DNA of 64,000 nt, from the NCBI GenBank assembly GCA_050253415.1, contig JBFWJC010000007.1:18668-82667 (forward strand). Reading direction: 5' to 3'. Source of the stretch: Pedobacter sp. (lineage in GTDB: Bacteria > Desulfobacterota > Desulfuromonadia > Desulfuromonadales > Syntrophotaleaceae). The notes below the pieces were generated by a model. The model was not told the DNA's origin. It saw nothing but the letters and a program-made list of their open reading frames with translations, and did no database searches. This document shows positions 57,546-64,000 of this stretch, piece by piece. The stretch's first letter is position 1. Each line of letters starts with the position of its first letter. The position numbers and the translations under genes are program-made.

Positions 57546-57952
57546 GGCGTTTTCGCGTATTCCGTAGCGATGGCAAGGGTTTTGAACTGTGCCGCTTTGG
57601 CCATATCCATCAGACGCACCACCTCACCGTGGCGGGCATCACGATCAGCCAGCAACACAAAGGTCATTTGCCTGGCTTCGGATCCATAGGCGCGCAGACG
57701 ATATTCAAGTTCCTCGCGGGTGACCTTATCCTTACCGATGGATATTTCACCGGTTTTCGACAAATAAACTTTTATTTCCTGCACTTCAGGCTTTGACGCC
57801 TGCGAAGAAGATTCGGGTAATTTAACATCGATGCCGGGCGCTTCGACAAAGGTGGTGGAAATCATGAAAAAAATCAGCAGGAGAAAAACCACATCGACCA
57901 TAGAAGTCAGGTCAACCCGTGGTTCTTCGCGTTTTTTACGCAAAAAGGCCAT
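57542..57952 (-). CDS. ExbD/TolR-family biopolymer transport protein
   Basis: 136 aa. The segment LTSMVDVVFLLLIFFMISTTF is typical of the ExbD/TolR N-terminal TM. Confidence 0.85.
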   Translation of the reverse strand: MAFLRKKREEPRVDLTSMVDVVFLLLIFFMISTTFVEAPGIDVKLPESSSQASKPEVQEIKVYLSKTGEISIGKDKVTREELEYRLRAYGSEARQMTFVLLADRDARHGEVVRLMDMAKAAQFKTLAIATEYAKTP

Positions 57953-57955
57953 GGA

Positions 57956-58555
57956 TTATTCCCCCAGAAGATCGACAAGATGCAGGGAGCTTTCCTCCAT
58001 TTTGAGCACCATGTGATCAAGCCGACTGGTCAGGTACTTATGAAGAAGAATGGTCGGAATCGCTACGGACAAACCGGCGGCCGTGGTAATCAAGGCTTCG
58101 GAAATACCGCCACCAAGCGTTTCCGGCGTTCCCGTTCCTGCGGTGGCGATAACAGTAAAGGCCCGAATCATACCAAGTACGGTTCCAAGCAACCCGAGCA
58201 ATGGCGAAATAGTAGCCATAGTGCCAAGCAACCCAAGGAAACGTTCCAAGGGAGCGGCCTCCCGGCTACCTGTTTCTTCAACAACGGTTTTGATCTGATC
58301 GCGCGAGCGGCCGTGAGCGCGCAAAGCCGACAGTAATATGCGCGACAGGGGAGTATCGCTTCGCTGGCAAACAACTATCGCCTCTTCGATGCGACCTTTC
58401 ATGACCAGTTGTTCAACCTCGCGGACCAGCTCATCACGACCCCGTCCTACGCGAAAAAAAGTCCATAAACGTTCGAAAAAGATGGCCATCGCCATAATCG
58501 AACAAAGAAGAATGGGATACATGAGGGGGCCACCCTTTTGAAAAATCTCCAGCAT
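57956..58555 (-). CDS. MotA/TolQ/ExbB-family proton channel protein
   Basis: ORF track 58591 (GTG) was trimmed to the ATG at 58555 (MLEIFQKGGPLMYPILLCSIMAMAIFFER). The conserved C-terminal TM pair is PLLGLLGTVLGMI...ALITTAAGL. Confidence 0.85.
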   Translation of the reverse strand: MLEIFQKGGPLMYPILLCSIMAMAIFFERLWTFFRVGRGRDELVREVEQLVMKGRIEEAIVVCQRSDTPLSRILLSALRAHGRSRDQIKTVVEETGSREAAPLERFLGLLGTMATISPLLGLLGTVLGMIRAFTVIATAGTGTPETLGGGISEALITTAAGLSVAIPTILLHKYLTSRLDHMVLKMEESSLHLVDLLGE

Positions 58556-58768
58556 GGTTGACGCGTTCCTTTCAGAATAAAAATAAAGCACGTAAAGTAA
58601 GCTAACTAGCAGAAAGGTACATTTACCGCTGAGTCCGCAAAGAAAACCTATTGCGTTGAACAGGCCTTACGTTGTGATCTGAGGAGTGAGTGCTTAATAC
58701 CTGCAAAGCGGCTAAAATACTTAACAAGCCACATGAAGTAGAATTACCCATCCTACTGAATCAATGAC

Positions 58769-59272
58769 CTATTCTTCCAAATTTACTGAATTAAAACCGT
58801 CAAGCAGAATCCCGTAAGTTTCTTCCAGGTGCTGCGGTATGACTCGCACATCGGCGAAGACCGGCATAAAATTGGTGTCGCCGGTCCAGCGCGGCACAAT
58901 ATGCATATGCAGATGGTCGGCAAGGCCGGCACCGGCAATCTTGCCAAGGTTGATCCCAACATTAAATCCCTGAGGCTTCAGACATTCCTGCATGACAATG
59001 CGACACTTTCGCAACAACTGGAACATTTCGGCCTGCTCCTCCGGTTCCAGGTCAAGAATATCAGGGATATGCCGATAGGGAGCGATAAGCAGATGACCAT
59101 TTGTGTATGGATATTTATTCATAACCACGAAGGCATGCTGGCCGCGCCAAAGGATCAATCTCTGAGCATCCTGGCCCTCGATATCGCGCACACAGAAGAC
59201 ACAACAGTCTGTGGCCTGCTTATCCTTGCATTCAAGATAGGTCATGCGCCAGGGCGCCCAGAGATGCTTCAT
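58769..59272 (-). CDS. HIT-family nucleotide hydrolase/transferase (Ap4A phosphorylase-like branch)
   Basis: 167 aa. The opening is MKHLWAPWRMTYLE, and the histidine triad is HLHMHIVPRW. Confidence 0.8.
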   Translation of the reverse strand: MKHLWAPWRMTYLECKDKQATDCCVFCVRDIEGQDAQRLILWRGQHAFVVMNKYPYTNGHLLIAPYRHIPDILDLEPEEQAEMFQLLRKCRIVMQECLKPQGFNVGINLGKIAGAGLADHLHMHIVPRWTGDTNFMPVFADVRVIPQHLEETYGILLDGFNSVNLEE

Positions 59273-59281
59273 AGTTACCCC

Positions 59282-59803
59282 TTATCCAATGTTTGACCCG
59301 AAGTTTTCGCCTTCAAGGGATAAAATACTCCCCCGAATGCCGGTTTCGTCAACCTCCAACAACCCCACACTTGGGGAATACCCACCGCGCGGACTGGTTG
59401 CACTGCCGGGATTGAACAGCAACAGACCCTCATAACGACAACAATCGGGCAGATGAGAATGTCCATAGACGAGGCAGTCAAGGTCATCTGTAGCGAATTC
59501 TGCTGCCATGCGTGGACCGAGGCCTTCTGGAGGCCCCCAACCATGTATCAGCCCGATTCTATACACCTCCACCTCCAACACCTTGCGTGACGGAAAGCTT
59601 ACACTCGGAGGATCCATATTACCCCGCACGGCATGGATAATGCGCGGCTCAAAGATATACAACAGCTCCTGATCTACCAGGTCACCGGCATGCAGAATCA
59701 TATCCACATGGCGAAATACCTTACGATCAAGCACCTCAAGAAAGCCGACATAATTGATGACATGGCGAATATGCGTATCTGAAATCACGCCAATCTTGAG
59801 CAT
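59282..59803 (-). CDS. YfcE/MJ0936-family metallophosphoesterase
   Basis: ORF track 59836 (TTG) was trimmed to the ATG at 59803. Motifs: MLKIGVISDTH, HAGD, GNMD, GHSH. Confidence 0.8.
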   Translation of the reverse strand: MLKIGVISDTHIRHVINYVGFLEVLDRKVFRHVDMILHAGDLVDQELLYIFEPRIIHAVRGNMDPPSVSFPSRKVLEVEVYRIGLIHGWGPPEGLGPRMAAEFATDDLDCLVYGHSHLPDCCRYEGLLLFNPGSATSPRGGYSPSVGLLEVDETGIRGSILSLEGENFGSNIG

Positions 59804-60153
59804 AGCATCATAACCTTCATCGTCAGAAAGTGCCAAAACTCATATTGGCACCAGGACTGAAATGATAAGAACATGACCTTTTCTACAGCCTGAATTGAAG
59901 GCTGTCAATCCCAATGCGGGTATGGAGCATAGGTAAAAGCCATATCTACCCGAGACCGCAACCCACTTGAGCATACACCGAGTCAAGGAAAATGGGACAT
60001 CGTATTTTCCCCCTCACCTCTTTTTTTTTCAACTCTTTGCTGGTATAGTTGGCAGGCCATTTTCAATGGCGCTCATCTGATTTCTACCCACTTATATGTT
60101 GCCGCTGATCAGAGGCCTTACCCCCTGTATCAGCATGAAGGAGCCATTGACCA

Positions 60154-61545
60154 ATGCAATACATGAGCACTCGCGGCAAGACAAGCGGATTAACTTTCAA
60201 GGATGCTGTCATGATGGGCCTGGCCGACGACGGCGGCCTATTGTTGCCCGAATCTATTCCGACCCTCTCCCGGGGCGATATCGCCGCACTTTCCAAAATG
60301 GCCTATCCGGAACTGGCGTTTCGCATCATCTCCCTGTTTTCCGGGAATATCCCCGCAGGGGATTTAAAACACCTCATCGATAAATCCTACCAGACCTTTA
60401 ATCATCCGGAAGTAACTCCGGTCGTGCATAAGGACGGAATCTATATCCTTGAGCTATTTCATGGCCCGACTTTGGCTTTTAAAGATGTCGCTTTGCAGTT
60501 TCTGGGCAACATGTTCGAATATCTGCTTAAAGAAAGCGGCGCCCACATGAATATTCTTGGCGCAACCTCCGGCGACACCGGAAGTGCCGCCATTTACGGT
60601 GTACGCGGTAAGGAGAATATCAATATATTCATTCTTCACCCAGACCAGAGGGTTTCACCGATACAAAAACTGCAGATGACCACGGTGACGGATCCAAACG
60701 TCTTCAATCTGGCCATACGTGGAACGTTTGACGACGGGCAACGTATCGTCAAGGAGATTTTCGGAGATCTTGAGTATAAAGGAAAAATGTCCCTTGGCGC
60801 CGTTAATTCCATCAACTGGGCCCGGGTCCTCGCACAAGTGGTCTATTATTTTTACGCATTTGGACGAGTCCAGCGTGAAACCAACTGCACCGAAGCCTAT
60901 TTTTCGGTACCTACCGGTAATTTTGGGGATATTTTTGCCGGCTATGTTGCCAAACGCATGGGGTTGCCAATCCGTCGCTTGATTCTTGCCACCAACGAAA
61001 ATGACATTCTTTCACGGTTTATTACCCATGGTGACTATTCAACAGCAAACGTTGTACCGACCCCATCTCCATCCATGGACATCCAATTGGCAAGCAACTT
61101 CGAACGGTACCTTTTCTACCTTTTCGATCAGGACGCCAGCAAGGTTAGCAAAACCATGGAGGAGCTTGCAGCTACAGGACAACTGAAGTTTGGCCCCGAA
61201 GATATGAACCGTGTCGCTAAAGACTTTCTTGCAGGCTCTGCAACCCGGCAGGAAACCCTCGACACGATCAGCGCTTTTCACAAAGCTACCGGCTATACCC
61301 TTGATCCGCACACGGCTGTCGGGGTTAAAGTTGGCAAGGAACTGACCGGCGGAGAATGCCCGCTTATTTGCCTGGCAACCGCCCATCCGGCAAAATTCGG
61401 TGAAGCGGTACAACAGGCTATCGGTCAGGACCCCATCTTACCGCGCGAATTCCAGGGTATTGAAAACAAAGAACAACGATGCGAAATCATCGATGCCGAT
61501 ACCCAGGCAATCAAAGACTACCTGGCAAAACACGCGCTGCTGTAG
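60154..61545 (+). CDS. thrC: threonine synthase
   Basis: 463 aa. Motifs: MQYMSTRGK, the PLP-lysine region FHGPTLAFKDVALQ, and GATSGDTGSAA. Confidence 0.9.
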   Translation: MQYMSTRGKTSGLTFKDAVMMGLADDGGLLLPESIPTLSRGDIAALSKMAYPELAFRIISLFSGNIPAGDLKHLIDKSYQTFNHPEVTPVVHKDGIYILELFHGPTLAFKDVALQFLGNMFEYLLKESGAHMNILGATSGDTGSAAIYGVRGKENINIFILHPDQRVSPIQKLQMTTVTDPNVFNLAIRGTFDDGQRIVKEIFGDLEYKGKMSLGAVNSINWARVLAQVVYYFYAFGRVQRETNCTEAYFSVPTGNFGDIFAGYVAKRMGLPIRRLILATNENDILSRFITHGDYSTANVVPTPSPSMDIQLASNFERYLFYLFDQDASKVSKTMEELAATGQLKFGPEDMNRVAKDFLAGSATRQETLDTISAFHKATGYTLDPHTAVGVKVGKELTGGECPLICLATAHPAKFGEAVQQAIGQDPILPREFQGIENKEQRCEIIDADTQAIKDYLAKHALL

Positions 61546-61569
61546 TTTTGACCTCCATACAAAACAAAA

Positions 61570-61602
61570 GGCCCCCAGCGCTTGTCGTTGGGGGCCTTTT
61601 TG
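61570..61602 (+). terminator. rho-independent terminator of thrC
   Basis: The GGCCCCC-N13-GGGGGCC stem is followed by TTTTTG, 25 nt after the thrC stop. Confidence 0.85.
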
Positions 61603-61663
61603 TTATCGAAATACGTGGAACAAGTGATTCGTGATTGGTGAATAGTTGGAAACCGAAAAAGCA

Positions 61664-61843
61664 GTCACCAAGCACCAGTCACCAAGCACCAGTCACCAGT
61701 CACCAGTCACCAGTCACCAGTCACCAGTCACCAGTCACCAGTCACCAGTCACCAGTCACCAGTCACCAGTCACCAGTCACCAGTCACCAGTCACCAGTCA
61801 CCAGTCACCAGCCACCAGCCACCAGTCACCAGTCACCAGTCAC
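61664..61843. repeat. heptanucleotide tandem array, 25 complete copies of GTCACCA (TGGTGAC on the other strand)
   Basis: Counted by hand at period 7 from 61664: 21 x GTCACCA, 2 x AGCACCA (copies 2 and 4), 2 x GCCACCA (copies 22 and 23), plus a partial 26th unit. It is bounded by the thrC terminator and the glnA terminator. Confidence 0.95.
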
Positions 61844-61876
61844 AAAAAAAGCCCCCGGCATTGCCGGGGGCTTTTT
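61844..61876 (-). terminator. rho-independent (bidirectional-looking) terminator of glnA
   Basis: A7-GCCCCCGGC-ATT-GCCGGGGGC-T5. On the minus strand the stem is followed by T7, 19 nt after the glnA stop. Confidence 0.85.
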
Positions 61877-61894
61877 AATGGATCACTTAAAAAC

Positions 61895-63304
61895 TTAGCA
61901 GTCGTAGTACAGAGCGAATTCGAGGGGAACCGGACGCATGCGAACGGGATCCACTTCGGCTTCGGTCTTGTACTCGATCCACTTTTCAATAACGTCTTCA
62001 GTAAAGACATCACCTTTAAGCAGGAAGGCATGATCTTCTTTGAGAGCTTCAAGAGCCTCAATCAAGCTGCCGGCAACGCTGGGGATAGTTGCCAGTTCTT
62101 CGGGGGGAAGACCGTAGATGTCTTTATCCAAAGGCTCGCCCGGATCAATCTTGTTTTCGATACCGTCAAGTCCAGCCATCAGGATAGCTGAGAAGCACAG
62201 GTAGCCGTTAGCCGAGGGATCAGGCGTACGGTATTCAACGCGCTTGGCTTTGGGGCTGTTACCCTGGGGGATACGCAGTGCAGCAGAACGGTTACGACCC
62301 GAATAAGCCAGGTTAACCGGCGCTTCGTAACCGGGCACCAGACGCTTGTAGGAGTTAGTGCTGGGGTTGGTGAAAGCGCACAGAGCTTTGGCATGCTTGA
62401 TGATACCGCCGATGAAGTACAGAGCGGTCTTGGACAAACCGGCATAGCCGTCGCCAGCAAAGGTGTTAACGCCGTCTTTCCAGATGGAAACGTGACAGTG
62501 CATCCCGCTTCCGTTATCACCGAAGAGAGGCTTCGGCATAAAGGTTACGGTTTTGCCATTGCGAACCGCAACGTTCTTGATAACGTATTTGAACCACTGC
62601 AGAGTATCGCCTGCGTTGAGAAGGGTATCAAATTTAAAGTCGATCTCACACTGGCCGCCGGTAGCAACTTCATGGTGTTGAGCTTCGATGTGAATGCCAA
62701 CTTCCTGGCAAACCTGAACCATCTCGTTACGCAGATCCACCAGGGAGTCGGTGGGAGCGCAAGGGAAGTAACCTTCCTTGTGACGGGGTTTGTAACCGAG
62801 GTTGGGGAACTCTTCACGGCCGGTGTTCCAGATACCTTCGCTGGAATCAACGCTGTAAAAAGACTCATTACAGGTGGAGCTGTAACGAACATCATCAAAG
62901 ATGAAGAATTCAGGCTCAGGACCGTAGAAAGCGGTGTCGCCGATACCGGTGGACTTAAGGTAGGCTTCAGCCTTTTGAGCAATGAAGCGGGGGTCGCGGC
63001 TGTAACCTTCTTTGGTAATGGGATCATAAATGTTACAGATCAGGCTCAGGGTCGGAACCTTGATAAAAGGATCGAGTCTGGCGCTGTTGGGGTCAGGAAT
63101 AATGGCCATGTCGCTGTTGTGAATGGGCTGCCAGCCACGAATGGAGGAACCGTCAAAGCCAAGACCTTCTTCGAAAGTATCTTCACTGAATTCACAAATA
63201 GGTACGGAAACATGCTGCCAGATACCAACGAAGTCGAGGAACTTGTAATCCACCATCTGGATATTCTTTTCCTTGACAAACTCCATTACCTCTTTAGGTG
63301 TCAT
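61895..63304 (-). CDS. glnA: glutamine synthetase, type I
   Basis: 469 aa. Motifs: [40 protein letters not shown], the ATP-site region [14 protein letters not shown], and an NLYDLPPEE-like adenylylation-loop region (DIYGLPPEE). Confidence 0.95.
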   Translation of the reverse strand: MTPKEVMEFVKEKNIQMVDYKFLDFVGIWQHVSVPICEFSEDTFEEGLGFDGSSIRGWQPIHNSDMAIIPDPNSARLDPFIKVPTLSLICNIYDPITKEGYSRDPRFIAQKAEAYLKSTGIGDTAFYGPEPEFFIFDDVRYSSTCNESFYSVDSSEGIWNTGREEFPNLGYKPRHKEGYFPCAPTDSLVDLRNEMVQVCQEVGIHIEAQHHEVATGGQCEIDFKFDTLLNAGDTLQWFKYVIKNVAVRNGKTVTFMPKPLFGDNGSGMHCHVSIWKDGVNTFAGDGYAGLSKTALYFIGGIIKHAKALCAFTNPSTNSYKRLVPGYEAPVNLAYSGRNRSAALRIPQGNSPKAKRVEYRTPDPSANGYLCFSAILMAGLDGIENKIDPGEPLDKDIYGLPPEELATIPSVAGSLIEALEALKEDHAFLLKGDVFTEDVIEKWIEYKTEAEVDPVRMRPVPLEFALYYDC

Positions 63305-63372
63305 TGCGATTACTCCTTTTGACTAACCTCGGTTGAAATGATAGTAAACGTAAGATTCGGCAAATAGCCGGC

Positions 63373-63777
<405 letters not shown>

Positions 63778-63846
63778 CTAAACAATGCCGGTCACCAAAA
63801 TAGATAACTGGTAGCGGTTTTCTACTTCCTTCGGCCGCATTAACAA

Positions 63847-63862
63847 GCAAATTAATTGCCAA
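63847..63862 (-). promoter_or_regulatory. sigma-54 (-24/-12) promoter for glnB-glnA
   Basis: The minus strand reads TTGGCAATTAATTTGCT, which is TGGCA-N6-TTGC with GG-N10-GC spacing, about 135 nt upstream of the glnB ATG. A TGCACC half-site (63948-63953) and AT-rich DNA lie further upstream. Confidence 0.6.
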
Positions 63863-64000
63863 CACCACGTAGAGAATACAATGTTTTTATAACTATCTAT
63901 TTTTAAAAATATTTTCCATGCAAAACCAACAACGATCATGCACCTTACTTTAGTTGACTATACAATGACTGCTTATTTTATAAACACAAACGAGAAGAAA

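Noticed and set aside
58627-58648. A 16-nt motif CGCTGAGNCCGCAAAG shared between 48287-48302 and 58627-58642, considered as a dispersed repeat.
   Set aside because: A back-of-envelope estimate gives tens of 15/16 matches by chance among all position pairs in 64 kb on both strands. It is not significant without genome-wide recurrence.
61664-61843. The heptamer array as a possible CRISPR array.
   Set aside because: The period is 7 nt with no spacers and no repeat-spacer architecture, and there are no cas genes in the window.
61635-62191. ORFs 61635..61898 and 61646..62191 encoding (SPVTSHQ)n repeat proteins.
   Set aside because: They are simply translations of the heptamer array (7 nt x 3 = 7 codons). 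They have no SD, run straight through the GC-rich terminator hairpin, and their tails are antisense to glnA. I treat them as artefacts.

Overview
This is a 64-kb chromosomal window. GC is about 50-55% in sampled lines, apart from one low-GC insert. Gene content plus a GEMM-I riboswitch suggest a Desulfuromonas/Geobacter-type deltaproteobacterium (inference). Layout, left to right: (1) Partial holC and a four-subunit 2-oxoacid:ferredoxin oxidoreductase operon (1-3205, minus). (2) A small secreted protein and a PPi-type phosphofructokinase (3511-5315, plus). (3) A decayed IS3-family element (5428-6672). (4) A ~31-kb co-directional minus-strand surface-polysaccharide locus (6714-37509). It holds Wzc/Wza/PHP-phosphatase export genes, an outer-membrane barrel, a PglF/PglE/PglC-like amino-sugar module with a FemAB-family protein, several GT4 glycosyltransferases, Wzx and a second aminotransferase. 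It also holds a ~30-33% GC cassette with a second PglC-like/GT4 pair, two ATP-grasp ligases and a Wzy-like polymerase. It ends with two tandem pectate-lyase-like secreted proteins that share an almost identical ~0.9-kb core. The upstream, Calx-beta-decorated copy is preceded by what I read as a c-di-GMP-I (GEMM-I) riboswitch plus an intrinsic terminator; this is the most interesting signal in the window. (5) A housekeeping block (38783-48067, minus): apgM-family mutase, xerD, glnD, AMIN-domain amidase, mutS. (6) A CDF transporter and an ArsR-headed thiol-redox/permease cluster (49822-54630, plus). (7) A five-CxxC zinc-ribbon protein, ATP-type pfk, ROK glucokinase, ExbD/ExbB, HIT and YfcE-like proteins (minus). 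(8) thrC (plus), a 25-copy heptanucleotide array trapped between two terminators, and glnA-glnB with a sigma-54 promoter. No rRNA, tRNA or CRISPR array was seen. ORF-track entries not listed are mostly antisense shadows of these genes.
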